DNA of 64,000 nt from Anaeramoeba ignava BMAN (GCA_028826165.1 JAPDFW010000136.1:868001-932000), one strand, 5' to 3'; shown: positions 10,935-23,535, counted from the first letter of the stretch. Program-made: numbers and translations. The notes: generated by a model not told the origin, from the sequence alone.

Positions 10935-13900
10935 TTATTTCTTCCAAAGATCTGGGAAAAGATTAAGTTTCAAGAAATAATCAAGTTGTTCTTGAACTAA
11001 TTCTTGAGTCATTTTTGGATATTTGTATTGGAAACCCAATTCCTTCTCAATTTTAGTTCCATTAATAGAAAGTGGATTTTTGTATAAAAGTTCTTTATCA
11101 AGATAAGGAGTTAATGGAGTTGATAAAATGCCATGTTGTTTGCATAAATCAGCCCATGGTGTTAAATGTTTTTCATTGACTTCTTCAGTTACACTTGTCA
11201 TGTTCATTTTCGCAAAAGTTGATGCCATGTTTCCAGCAAATCCAGTTTCAATTCCAAACATTTTTTCAAGGATTACATTGATTGATTTTTGAGCTAAAAA
11301 ATTTTAATTTTAATTTTAATTTTAATTATTTTTGATTTCAATTTTAATTTTAATTTTAATTTTGATTTTTGATTTCAATTTGAATTTTAATTTTAATTTT
11401 AATTTTAATTTTAATTTTGATTTTAATTTTGATTTTAATTTTAATTTTAATTTTAATTTTAATTTTAATTTTAATTTTAATTTTAATTTTAATTTTAATT
11501 TTAATTTTAATTTTAATTTTAATTTTAATTTTAATTTTAATTTTAATTTTAATTTTAATTTTTATATTAATTTTAATATTAATTTTAATTTTAATTTTAA
11601 TTTTGAATTTTAATTTTAATTTTAATTTTAATTTTAAATTCAATTTTAATTTTTATATTAATTTTAATTTTAATTTTAATTTTAATTTTAATTTTGATTT
11701 TGATTTTAATATTAATTTTTGATTTCAATTTTGAATTTTAATTTTAATTTTTAATTTTAATTTTAATTTTAATTTTAATTTTAAATTTTAATTTTAATTT
11801 TAATTTTAATTTTAATTTTAATTTTGATAATTTTATCAGCAAGATTTAAATTGATCCAACTTTTCCTTTTGTGAAATTAACCATAAAGCAGCACAAACAT
11901 CATTTTATTCATTTTCAAATTACCATAAAAATTTCATTTTTTTTTAAGTTGTTTGTTTAATAATTCTTGGTTTTAAATTTTTAAATTATAAAAATAATAA
12001 TAAATTGTTTCTTAATTACAAATTTAATTCCCTTTTAATTTTAATTTTTAATTTTAATTTTAATTTTGATTTTTTTTAAAGCTTCTTTTAATTTGAATTT
12101 TTTTTTGATTTCAAGGTTTAAGTTTAGCAGTTTCAATTTTAAAAATTTTAATTTTTTAATTTTAATTTTTATTTTAATTTTAATTTTTATTTTTATTTTA
12201 TATTTATATTTATATTTTAATTTTATATTTTAATTTTATATTTAATTTTATAATTTTATATTTTTATTTTATATTTTAATTTTTAATTTTATATTATTAA
12301 TTTTAATTTTATATTTTAATTTTAATTTTTATATTAATTTTAATATTAATTTTAATTTTAATTTTAATTTAAATTTTAATTCTAATTTTAATTTTAATTT
12401 TAATTTTAAATTCAATTTTAATCATTTACTGGTATCATTTTTATCAGCAAGATTGTAAATTGATCCAACTTTTCCTTTTTGTGAAATTAACCATAAAGCA
12501 GCACAAACATCATAAACGTGAACTGTATTCATTTTCAAATCACCTGACCATAAAAATTTCATTTTCTTTAATTTGTATGAAGTAATAATTCTTGGTGCTA
12601 AAATAAAATAAAATAATTAAAATAAACTATAAAAATAATAATAAATTGTTTCTTAATTACAAATTCCTTGAATATCTCCTGGTCCATAAACAAGTGCTGG
12701 TCTAACAATAATTAATCCTGGAACTTTGATTTCTTTTAAAGCTTCTTCGGCTTGAAGTTTGAATTTTGCTACATTAGTCCAAGGTTTAAGTTTAGCAGTT
12801 TCATCTGAAACATTCTATAAAAAATAAATTATATTTATATTTATATTTATATTTATATTTATATTTATGTTTATATTTATAATTATATTTATTTTTATTA
12901 TATTTTTATTTATTTTATTTTTATTTTTATATTTATAATTTATATTTATATTTTATATTTATATTTATGTTTTATTTCTTTTATTATATATTTTATGTTT
13001 ATTTTTTTTTATATTTCATATTTTATTTATTTTATATTTATATTTTATATTTATTTATATTTTATATTTATATTTTATATTTATATTTTATTTATATTTA
13101 TATTTATATTTTATATTTATATTTATATTTATATTTTATATTTATTTTTATTTTATATTATGTTTGTTTTATTTTATTTATATTTTATATTTATATTTTA
13201 TATTTATATTTTATTTTTATGTTTATGTTTATATTTTGTTTTATTTATTTTATATTTTATATTTATATTTTATTTTATGTTTTTATTTATTTTATATTTT
13301 TTTATTTTACATTTATATTTATTTTATATTTATATTTTTTTTATATTTTTATATTTATATTTTATATTTTATGTTTATATTTTATATTTATATTTTATAT
13401 TTATATTTATGTTATGTTTATATTTTATATTTTATATTTATGTTTATATTTATAATTTATATTTTTATGTTTTATTTTATATTTATATTATTTTATGTTT
13501 ATATTTATATTTATGTTTTTATATTTATATTTTATATTTTATGTTTATATTTATATTTATATTTATATTTATATTTATATTTATATTTATATTTATATTT
13601 ATATTTATGTTTATATTTATATTTATATATTTTTTATTTTATTTATGTTTTATTTATATTTTATTTATATTTTATTTATATTTTATATTTTATGTTTTAT
13701 TATTTTATGTTATATGTTTTATATTTATGTTTATATTTTATTTTATTTTTATGTTTTATATTTATATTTTATATTTTATATTTATATTTATATTTATATT
13801 TATATTTATATTTATTTTTATATTTATTTATATTTATGTTTATATTTATGTTTATGTTTATATTTATATATTTTATATTTTATTTATTTATATTTATATT

Positions 13901-14527
13901 TATATTTATATTTATAATTATATTTATATTTATATTTATATTTATATTTATATTTATATTTATATTTATATTTATATTTATATTTATATTTATATTTATA
14001 TTTATATTTATATTTATATTTATATTTATATTTATATTTATATTTATATTTATATTTATATTTATATTTATATTTATATTTATATTTATATTTATATTTT
14101 TATTTATTTTTGTTTTAATTACTTTTTTTGCGTGATAAATTTGAGCAGTTGAAACTTCAATATATTTTTCAACACCATATTCTTTTGCATAAGTACCGCA
14201 TTTCTTAGCAACATCAAGAACTTTTTCTTGATAAACATCTTCAGGTTGACCGTATTTAGTTTCAGCAGCAAGACTAAAAACGATTTGGAATTTACCATCA
14301 GGATCATCAAAACATTTCTTAATTGAAGCTTCATTTCCAAGATTTCCTTGTTTGAATTCAACTTTTTGAAACGCTTCTTCAATTTCTTTTGAAAAATATG
14401 CTGTTACTGGTAATACTTTATCAATAACTCGGATTTTTGAACATAAATCATTCTCAACTAAATATTTTACTAGATTTCTTCCAATGAATCCTGTTCCTCC
14501 TAAAATTAATACTCTTGGTTTTGACAT
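10935..14527 (-). CDS. NAD-dependent epimerase/dehydratase (extended SDR), 4 exons
   Basis: Exons 14527-14123, 12814-12661, 12597-12430 and 11293-10935. Motifs GGTGFIG, EVSTAQIY, VRPALVYGPGD and NTVHVYDV. Introns 1 and 3 are (TATATT)n and (TTTTAA)n satellites on the plus strand. Confidence 0.9.
11826..12140 (-). pseudogene. AT-eroded duplicate of epimerase exon 3, intron 2 and part of exon 2, lying inside intron 3 (real decay or assembly artefact)
   Basis: Blocks such as TTTTATCAGCAAGAT..AAATTGATCCAACTTTTCCTTTT, ATAAATTGTTTCTTAATTACAAATT and CAAGGTTTAAGTTTAGCAGTTTCA match 12430-12810. Confidence 0.7.
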
Positions 14528-14893
14528 TCTTTTTGTCTAAAATTTTATTTTTTTATTTTAATTAATTTTTTATTTAATTTTTTTATTTAATTAAAATGAT
14601 ATTATTTACTAAATTTAAAAAGTAAAAAAATGAAATTTAAAAAAAAAATGAAAAAAAAAAAAAATTTTTTTTAATTAAAAAATAAAAGAAGGCAAAAAAA
14701 AATAAAATTAAAATTAAAATTAAAAATAAAAATTAAATAAAAATTAAAATTAAAAATGTTTTTTGTTTTTTGTTTTTTGTTTTGAATGATCAATTAAAAA
14801 GAAAATCAATTAAAAAATTAAAAAGAAAAAAAGAAAAAAAGAAAAAGAAAAGAAGAAGAAAAAAAAAAATTATTATCAAAATTATTATAATTA

Positions 14894-17422
14894 TTATCGA
14901 TTAAATCCTTCTACTTTGAATAATTTTGCTCTATCAATTAAAGCTAAAAGAGTTTTATGAATAACAGAATTTTCTGATTGTTTCTTTTTAGATTTCTTTT
15001 TAGAATTTTTGATTATTTTTTTCTGAGAAAATAAATCTTTAAGAATTTCATAATTTTCACCAGAAGAATTAAAAACAGTTAAATAAGCATCAGGTTGATT
15101 CATTTTTTTAAGAAATTCTTGAACAACACGAACTCCTTTTTTAAAAATCAAACGGAAAACAATTCTTTGTGTTTTAGCAAGAAACTCAAAGAATTGTTGA
15201 TTATTAAGCAATTTGCTGTCAGAAAAAAAGAGCATTTGATTGACAATAAACAAGGATTCAATATGAACGCCACTTTTATGATAAAGATCAATAAGACTGT
15301 TCCAAATATCCCAAGTAGATAAACTGAGAATATCCTCGCTCTTTCTGATCGCGAGAAGGAACGCAATTTCGCTGTCTAAATAACGCTTGATTCTGTTAGC
15401 AATTGCGCCAATACGTTTCCATTCGGCTTGTGACTTGACAAGACTGCTTGCTCTTAAAGAGCCTTTTTCTGTCGAATATTTAAACATACTTGACACATCA
15501 GAGTATAAGTGCTGAATCAATGAATCAAACCACGATTTGTATTCCAGATTCTCGGTTTTTGACGTGACAAGATTGACAGGTGTGTCTCCTTTTGGGTGAA
15601 TTTTGATTTCCGTTATAAACGGCTTATTAATGTTTGCTAGTTCAGTTTTTTCTTTTTTCATTTCGGAAGATTCGTCACCAGCAATAAAGCCCTGATCGTA
15701 ATCAAACTTGTTGAAAATGATGGCGTTTCCCGAGATGTTCATTTCGTAGTTGGAATCCAAGTGTGGTTCTGATTCTTTGTTTCTATTTTGATTGAAAATT
15801 TTTTCGAGTTCATTTTCTGAGTTTGATTCTGAATAGTGATCGATTTCCTCTCCGAAGCAGTAGGGATTGTGTCTGTCGTTTGCGGAGGGACCGTGTGCAT
15901 GAGGACGAGAGTGGTTGTGGTTGTGGTTGTGGTTGTGCAAAGAGCTTTTTGTTGGAGAATCGCGGATGTTCATCTGGAAAACATCGATCCGCAACTTCAT
16001 AAGCTCTTCCCATCCCTCACTGTTCAGAAGATCAACAAGAATATCATACGCTCTATTGAGTATATGCAACTCGTTCTTGTTGACCTGGAACTTGAATGTC
16101 AGACTCTGCTCTGGCGGCGAGTGCAAGATGTGCGGAGACTCATCCACATAAAATTGCGACTCGGAAGGCACAGTGATCCGAGACGCTTTGGGAAAGTAAC
16201 TCACCACATCGTCGCTGTTTTTCTCGTGATCTTGATCCATATAGATGATTTCTTTGTGCACATACGGGTTGTTGGCGTTTGTGTGAGAAGAATTGAATTC
16301 GACCCACTGGTTATTTGGATTATTTTGATTTTTGACATTTTTTTTTGAATCGTGGATCATGTAGTCATCATCGTTGTCGCTCTGCTCGCGCTCATCATCG
16401 ATCTTCAGCGAGACAGAATTCAGCGACACCAGCACACGATGCAGATTTTTCTCTGCAAGATAAAAGCGTGAGAGCCCGAAACAGGCATCGTCAAAAAAGG
16501 GTGTTAAATTTTCGACTTTTTGGATCAACTTGAATTTCTTTAAAGAATCCATTGTTAATATTTTTTTATATTTTGGATTGATGAACTCAATAAGGAGCAG
16601 GCTTGTCGGATGCTCGTTCTTGAGATACCCCTCCAGATGCGACACGCCCTTCTCAATGTTGTTCAATTTGAAGTATGCGCGACTGATATAAATGGCGAGT
16701 TCGGGTTCCTGCTTGACGAACCTTTTGAAAAATTGGATCGCCTCCGAATACCGTTTATTTTGGAAAAAATATTTTTTCAAAAGAACAACCAGATAATTAT
16801 TAGCGTGGGAAGGCAGCATTCTCCAGAAGGGAGTGCCGAGTAATTTGCCGTTCCAAAAAAGTTTTTCAACGGAAAATAGGGTCGTTTTTTCTGTCAAAAG
16901 TGAACAGAAGTCATCGAGAATATGCAAGCACGGAAACTGCGCAAAGGGATATTCAACATTGATGAATCGCAGAAAACTCGAGACTTGCGTTTCAGCCCAT
17001 AATTGCTCTGTCTCTTCGACCTTATCGCCGTTACCAGTGACAAAATACGTTGTGAAATTTCCCGGCAAATTAAATTCAACCACAAGATCCATTTTTCGGA
17101 AGCTATTATGACTCAAGTAAGTTCCCGACAGGAAAGTGTATGTCCCCGCAGATTTCGTGTTTCTTGCTTCTTCCTGCGACTGGATTAGCCGCCCGAAATA
17201 GCTTGCTACACTCGACACACTGGATGTGTCAAGTCCAATAACATGATGATAAAAACCAAGTTTAATTGTTTCTTTTTTCCGTTGATTTTCTTTGATAATG
17301 TGACAAAGATCAGGTGGTCCAATTCCTTTCATTTTCTCAAGTATTTTCTTCCGTGTAGCTATAGATTCGTTAAGTTGATTTTCTACACTTTCGTGTGTGT
17401 GTTTTAATGATTCTGATGTCAT
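14894..17422 (-). CDS. Exomer cargo adaptor, ChAPs family (Chs6/Bud7/Bch1-like TPR protein)
   Basis: 842-aa single-exon ORF. N-terminal GPPDLCHIIK...GFYHHVIGLDTSSVSSVASY, LWAETQVSSFLR and TPR helices are typical of ChAPs. Confidence 0.85.
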   Translation of the reverse strand: MTSESLKHTHESVENQLNESIATRKKILEKMKGIGPPDLCHIIKENQRKKETIKLGFYHHVIGLDTSSVSSVASYFGRLIQSQEEARNTKSAGTYTFLSGTYLSHNSFRKMDLVVEFNLPGNFTTYFVTGNGDKVEETEQLWAETQVSSFLRFINVEYPFAQFPCLHILDDFCSLLTEKTTLFSVEKLFWNGKLLGTPFWRMLPSHANNYLVVLLKKYFFQNKRYSEAIQFFKRFVKQEPELAIYISRAYFKLNNIEKGVSHLEGYLKNEHPTSLLLIEFINPKYKKILTMDSLKKFKLIQKVENLTPFFDDACFGLSRFYLAEKNLHRVLVSLNSVSLKIDDEREQSDNDDDYMIHDSKKNVKNQNNPNNQWVEFNSSHTNANNPYVHKEIIYMDQDHEKNSDDVVSYFPKASRITVPSESQFYVDESPHILHSPPEQSLTFKFQVNKNELHILNRAYDILVDLLNSEGWEELMKLRIDVFQMNIRDSPTKSSLHNHNHNHNHSRPHAHGPSANDRHNPYCFGEEIDHYSESNSENELEKIFNQNRNKESEPHLDSNYEMNISGNAIIFNKFDYDQGFIAGDESSEMKKEKTELANINKPFITEIKIHPKGDTPVNLVTSKTENLEYKSWFDSLIQHLYSDVSSMFKYSTEKGSLRASSLVKSQAEWKRIGAIANRIKRYLDSEIAFLLAIRKSEDILSLSTWDIWNSLIDLYHKSGVHIESLFIVNQMLFFSDSKLLNNQQFFEFLAKTQRIVFRLIFKKGVRVVQEFLKKMNQPDAYLTVFNSSGENYEILKDLFSQKKIIKNSKKKSKKKQSENSVIHKTLLALIDRAKLFKVEGFNR

Positions 17423-17701
17423 AACTTATTTTTAAATAAAAAAATTTTTTTTTTGTTTTGCTTTTGATTTATTTGAAGAATTTTTTCTGTTTTAGAATTT
17501 ACAAAAAAAAAAATGAAAAATGAAAAATGGAAAAAGAAAAAAATTTTTGAGAATTAAAAAAACAACAAATTAAAAAATAAATTAAAAACAAATTAAAAAA
17601 ACAAAATTTTATTTTTCATTTTTTTTCTCTTTTTCTTTATTTTCTCCTTTTAAAATAATTTTAAAATAATTTATAAAATAATTTATAAAATAAATTATAA
17701 A

Positions 17702-19309
17702 ATGTTTCCTTTTGTTCAAGTTAATCAAAATATTGCTTTAAAATTTAATAATGAAAAAACAAAATTATTTTTAGTTCAAAAAAAAGCTATTGGAAGATTT
17801 GGTAAACTTCGTTTTAATTTAGATTCTTTTATTGGAGAACCATATGGATCAATATGGAAAATTACACCAAAAGAATTAATAAAAATTAATTCATTTGAAG
17901 AGTATAAAGAAATACAAAAAGAATTAAAAATTTTAGAAACAGATGAAAATTTAAATCAAAAAAAGAATGAAAATTTAAATCAAAATCAAAATCAAAATCA
18001 AAATCAAAATCAAAATCAAAATTTAAATGAAAATCAAAATCAAAATCAAAATCAAAATCAAAATCAAAATCAAAATCAAATCCAAAATTTAAATGAAAAT
18101 CAAAATCAAAATCAAAAAAAAAGACGCAAAAAGAAAAAGAAAAATAAAAACAAAAATCAAAATTTAAATCAAAATCAAAAAATTCCCAAAAAGAAAAGTC
18201 AATATACAAATGAAAAATATTTAATTAGAAAAAACAAAAGAAATATTTACATTGCTACTTTATTACAAACAAATGCAAAAACTATCACAGAAGCAAATTT
18301 CGAAGTTACTCCCAAAAAAATAGGTAATTTAAGATGGGACACTCTTGCAAGAATCCTTAATTTATCAGAAATTCATGCAATGAAAAAAGAATATAATGAA
18401 CCAAATAACGAAAAACAAATCCAAAAAATAATACAAAACCACAAGGATATGAATAAAGAACAAATGCAAAATTTATCACTAATAATTGAACAACAAAGAA
18501 ATGCACTCCAAGAATCAGGAAAAAATATCAAAGAAAAAGAGTTTCTTAGTTTATCAGAAGAAAGTGATGATTTAATTACTTTTTATAAAAATCAAACAAA
18601 TTTGAAAAAATTAAAACGTTTCCAAAAAACACTTCTAACACAAGAAATAATTCTTGAGAATCGGAAATCAAAACGATTAGTGTTAGTATTTGAAGACTGT
18701 GCAGGATTGATTTCTGGATCTATTTTTGAAAGGACAACTTTTTTGGATAATTCAGTCATTTCAAGTAATTTATATATCATCAACATTTTTCGAGAAAAGA
18801 TAGGATTTTTACAAGGTGCACTTCAGAGATTTAATTTCACAACAGAATTTCTTAATCATCATCTTCTGAATTGCAAAGTTTCTTGGTTGGAAAAAATATT
18901 GAGAACAAAAATTGATTTGGAAAAATTGAATTTTTTTGATGAAGAAGAAATGTTAAGAAATTTGAATGATCATCGATCATCTTTTTCTTTGATTTCCACA
19001 ATTCTATCTGCAGAGAAAGCTAGTTCTTTGATTGTTGCAACAAATGAAGGATTTGTTGAGGAAATTTTTTGGGTTATGTTTCCTTTTCTTAAAAGTAACG
19101 GTCATTTTGTTGTTTATTCACCTTTTATTCAACCTTTATCTCAAATTCAATATAAATTGATGCAAGAAAAATTAGCTGTAAATTTACTTTTAAGTGAGAC
19201 TTGGTTAAGGAAGTATCAAGTTTTAGAAAATCGAACACATCCTGAAGTTGATATGAATACTGCAAGTGGATTTTTACTTTCAGGAGTGAAAGTTTTAAAA
19301 GACAATTAA
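17702..19309 (+). CDS. TRM6: tRNA (adenine58-N1)-methyltransferase non-catalytic subunit
   Basis: IGNLRWDTLARIL, LKSNGHFVVYSPFIQPL and LSETWLRKYQVLENRTHPEV...SGFLLSG are Gcd10/Trm6 motifs; contains an NQ-repeat insertion. Confidence 0.9.
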   Translation: MFPFVQVNQNIALKFNNEKTKLFLVQKKAIGRFGKLRFNLDSFIGEPYGSIWKITPKELIKINSFEEYKEIQKELKILETDENLNQKKNENLNQNQNQNQNQNQNQNLNENQNQNQNQNQNQNQNQIQNLNENQNQNQKKRRKKKKKNKNKNQNLNQNQKIPKKKSQYTNEKYLIRKNKRNIYIATLLQTNAKTITEANFEVTPKKIGNLRWDTLARILNLSEIHAMKKEYNEPNNEKQIQKIIQNHKDMNKEQMQNLSLIIEQQRNALQESGKNIKEKEFLSLSEESDDLITFYKNQTNLKKLKRFQKTLLTQEIILENRKSKRLVLVFEDCAGLISGSIFERTTFLDNSVISSNLYIINIFREKIGFLQGALQRFNFTTEFLNHHLLNCKVSWLEKILRTKIDLEKLNFFDEEEMLRNLNDHRSSFSLISTILSAEKASSLIVATNEGFVEEIFWVMFPFLKSNGHFVVYSPFIQPLSQIQYKLMQEKLAVNLLLSETWLRKYQVLENRTHPEVDMNTASGFLLSGVKVLKDN

Positions 19310-19920
19310 ATTCAAATTCAAATTCAAATTCAATTTAATATTCAAATTTAAATTCAAATTCAAATTCAATTTAATATTCAAATTCAATATTCAATTTCAA
19401 ATTCAAATTCAAATTAATATTCAATTTAATTCAATTCAATATTCAAATTCAAATTCAAATTCAAATTCAATTTAATTCAAATTTAAATTCAAATAAATTT
19501 AATTCAATATTCAAATTCAAATTCAAATTCAAATTCAAATTTAAATTCAATTTCAATATTCAAATTCAATATTCAAATTCAATATTCAAATTCAAATTCA
19601 AATTCAAATTCAATATTCAAATTTAATATTTAATATTTAATTCAATATTTAATATTTAATTCAAATTCAAATTCAATATTCAATTTAATATTTAATTTAA
19701 TTTAATATTTAATTTAATTCAATTCAATATTCAATTTCAATATTTAATCCAAATTTAATTCAAATTCAAATTCAAATTCAAATTCAAAATCAAATTTAAA
19801 TTCAAATTTAATATTCAATATTCAAATTCAATTTAATATTTAAATCAATATTCAATATTCAACTCAATTTAATATTTAATTCAAATTCAAATTCAATTTA
19901 AATTCATATTTAAATTTAAA
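19309..19920. repeat. Degenerate (TTCAAA)n microsatellite
   Basis: Seen directly; starts at the TRM6 stop codon. Confidence 0.85.
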
Positions 19921-20162
19921 TGAAAAATTCCAATAAGAAAATTGGAAATTCGAAAAAAAAAAAATTTTTTTCTTCTTTTTTTTTTTTTTCTTTTTCAATT
20001 AAATAGAAATAAACAATTTAAAATTAAATTTTAAATTCATTTTAAATGAGTCACAAAAAAAAAAACAAAAACCAAAAAAAGGAAAAAAAGATCAAAAAAA
20101 AAAAATTTTTTTCATTTTTCTTTTTTCATTTTTTTTATTAATTAAAAAAAAAAAACAAAATA

Positions 20163-23105
20163 ATGAGTGATAAATTAGATGAAAGCACACCATTATTTGG
20201 AAACGATAACAGCAACAACGATAACAATAAAATAGGAATAAATAACGATATTGATGTTAATCCAGAAAATCAATTTCTTTCATCATCAATTTCTTCAAAT
20301 GATGAACATTTTGATGAAAATCAAAATGAACAATTTGAACTTGAAGAACATAAAATTTCTAGATTAACTTTGGAAGACAGACATAAACAACTTAATATGT
20401 TGTTTGGTGTAAAACCTTGGAAATCTCATATCCAAAAAAAAGATATTCAAACCCATTCTGCTGTTTATAAATCTCTTCTCGATTCTCCTTCAAATGTTGA
20501 AAATAAAGGAATTGAGAAGGAAAGTAAATTATATTCAAAATCAAAATCAAAATCAAAATCAAAATTAAATATTAAAATTAAAATTAAAATTAAAACAAAA
20601 ACCAAAAAATAAAAATCAAAAAATTTTTTTTTTCATTTTTAAAATTTAAAAACAAAATAAATTCAAAATTAAAATTACAAATTCAAATTCATTTAAAAAA
20701 ATTAAAATTAAAATTAAAATTTAAATCAAAAATTTCAAAATTAAAATCAAAATTAAAAATTAAAATTAAAATTAAAATTAAAATTAAAATTAAAATTAAA
20801 ATTAAAATTTAAATTCAAAATCAAATTCAAAATTAAAATTAAAATTCAAATTCATTTATAAAATTAAAATTAAAATTAAAATTAAAATTTAAATCAAAAT
20901 TTAAAATTAAAATTAAAATCAAAATTAAAATTAAAATTAAAATTAAAATTAAAATTAAAATTAAATTTAAAATCAAAATTCAAAATTAAAATTAAAATTA
21001 AAATCAAAAATTAAAAATTAAAAAAAATTAAAATTAAAATTCAAAATTAAAATTAAAATTTGTTTAATTTTCTTTAAGATAAATTGTTTACATTTGGAAA
21101 TATACTTTGGGTTATTTTATTTGGTTGGTGGTTAAGTTTAGTTTATTTATTTACTGCTTTAATTATGTTAATTACAATTGTTGGAAGAAAATATTCAAGA
21201 ACTTCATTAATTCTTGCTGGTTATATTATTTGGCCATTTGGAAAATATTTAGAAAAAAAACAAACAATAAATGAAAAATCAACACAAGAAAAAGCTTCAA
21301 GAATAATTTGGCTTTCATTTCCTGGTTTGTGTTGATTCTGAGAAAATTTATTTCAAAATTAAAATTAAAATTAAAATTAAAATTAAAATTAAAATTAAAA
21401 ATTAAAATTATATTTTAAAATCAAAATTAAAATCAAAATTAAAATTAAAATTAAAATTAAAATTAAAATCAAAATTAAAATTAAAATCAAAATTAAAATT
21501 AAAATTAAAAATTAAAATCAAAATCAAAATTAAAATTAAAATTAAAATTAAAATTAAAATCAAAATCAAAATTTATTTCAAAATCAAAATTAATTAATAA
21601 TTAAAGCACCATTACTCGCAATATCACATGGTGCATGTATGCTAATAAATTGGTTTATTGTTGTATTTATACCAATGGGAAAAGTGAACTATGCATTAAT
21701 CAAAGTGATATTTCAATACCCAGAACTTGTTCACGTATCAAATGCATTTTCATCAACACCTAATCTTGAATCTAAACCAATTTTACTGACTGTACGAGCA
21801 GTGAACGGGAATTATTACAAATATTCAATAAGCGGAGTAAATATCATGTTGATCAATTTGATTCCCTTTGTGATAATTTCGATCCTATTTGGATTGCTTA
21901 TTCCAGAAGACAAACCATTAGGCAATCCGCTATTCATTTTCTTCTGCTGTTTATTATCAACAATACCATGTGCCTATTTTATCGGGCTTGCTATTAGCAG
22001 TCTCTCTGCACAGAGCACATTTGCTGTGGGTGCAGTGCTTAACGCCTCTTTTGGATCAATTGTCGAGTTGATTTTATACTTTTTCTCTGTCAGAAAACAT
22101 CTCATCAGTCTTGTGCGATCTGCAGTCACTGGATCCTTAATGGGAACAATGCTTTTATTACCCGGATTATCAATGATTTTTTCCGGTATCAAATACAAAG
22201 AGCAAAGTTTCAATACAATCGCCGCAGGTGTTTCTTCTGTTCTTTTATTGATTTCCGTAATTGGCGGTTTTATTCCAACAGTCTATTATCAAACATACGC
22301 AAAATACGAGCTCAAATGCGCCAACTGCAATACTCTTCCTTCGGGTGAATTTGACTGCGAAGGATGCAACTACAAGGAACATGATTTGGATCACGACACA
22401 AACTACACACACGGCGCAAAACCCTTAATGTACGTTTGCGCCGTCATACTCCCTATTGCGTATTTCGTCGGCCTCATCTACACCCTCAAGACTCATGCCC
22501 ATATCTACGACCAACAATATTTTGTCAACCGCGAAAACGAACGCAAAAATCGCGCTCTTTCCGGTGAGAAAACAAAAAAAGGAGAATCGGGACATGATGC
22601 CCCAGAATGGTCGCGTCCAAAATGCATCATTATTCTTTTGATTGCGACCGTTATTTTTGCTACTGTTGCCGAAATTTTGTCAAATAAGATTGAACCTTCT
22701 TTAAAAAAACTTGGTCTTTCTGAAGGTTTTGTTGGTCTTACTTTTATTGCTCTTATCCCAAATACTGCCGAGTTTGTCAACGCAATCCAATTTGCTCTTC
22801 AAAAAAATATCCCTCTTAGTATTGAAATTGGATCTTCTGCTGCTGTTCAGATTGCTTTGATTCAAATTCCTGTTTTGGTTTTGTTTACTGCTGTTGCTGG
22901 TGGTGGTCATGTTAAAACTTCTTATACTTTGATTTTCTCAACTTTGGATGTTTTTAGTGTTATTTTTGCTGTTATTATTTTGAATTATATCTCTGCTAGA
23001 GGAAGAGCTAATTATTTTGAAGGTTTTGCTCTTGTTGCTATTTATGTTTTATTCCTTTCTGCTTTTTATTTTGTTCCTGAAAGTGCCAATGATTCATCTG
23101 ATTAA
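20163..23105 (+). CDS. Vnx1/type II CAX-like cation/H+ exchanger with N-terminal YccF (DUF307) domain, 3 exons
   Basis: Exons 20163-20523, 21079-21324 and 21607-23105. GNILWVILFGWW...YIIWPFGK (YccF domain); alpha-repeats LNASFGSIVEL and ALIPNTAEFVNAI. Confidence 0.92.
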
Positions 23106-23184
23106 CCAAACAAAAACAAAATCCAAAACAAATTAAAACAAACAAAATCAAAACCAAAAATCAAAAACCTTTTTTAATTTTCTT

Positions 23185-23430
23185 TTTTAAATAAGAAAGA
23201 ATAAAAGTGGAACAAAAATTAAATCAATTTAAATAAAATTAAATAAGAAAGAATTAAATCAAAATTAATTTAAATAAGAAAGAATAAAAATGGAACAAAA
23301 AATTAAATTAAATTTAAATCAATTTAAATAAGAAAGAATTAAATTGGAACAAAAATTAAATTAAATCAATTTAAATAAGAAAGAATAAAAATGGAACAAA
23401 AAATTAAATTAAATTAAATTAAATTAAATT
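23185..23430. repeat. Short imperfect tandem repeat (AAATAAGAAAGAATAAAAATGGAACAAAAA core, about 4 copies) 3' of the tRNA
   Basis: The core recurs at about 23189, 23272, 23326 and 23373. Confidence 0.7.
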
Positions 23431-23461
23431 CAAATTAAAAATAAAAAATAAAAAAAAAATA

Positions 23462-23535
23462 CGATCCTGATGGGACTTGAACCCACAACCTTTAGATCCG
23501 AAGTCTAACGCGCTATCCAATTGCGCTACAAGATC
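23462..23535 (-). tRNA. tRNA-Arg (anticodon TCG)
   Basis: Reverse complement GATCTTGTAGCGCAATTGGATAGCGCGTTAGACTTCGGATCTAAAGGTTGTGGGTTCAAGTCCCATCAGGATCG folds into a cloverleaf: anticodon arm TTAGA-CTTCGGA-TCTAA, T-loop GTTCAAGTC; no intron. Confidence 0.96.

Noticed and set aside
11332-14152. Long [12 protein letters not shown] ORFs up to 385 aa
   Set aside because: Stop-free frames of hexamer microsatellites inside epimerase introns.
18375-18670. About 95-aa insertion in TRM6 as a second intein
   Set aside because: No Cys/Ser start or His-Asn end; looks like a coiled-coil expansion.
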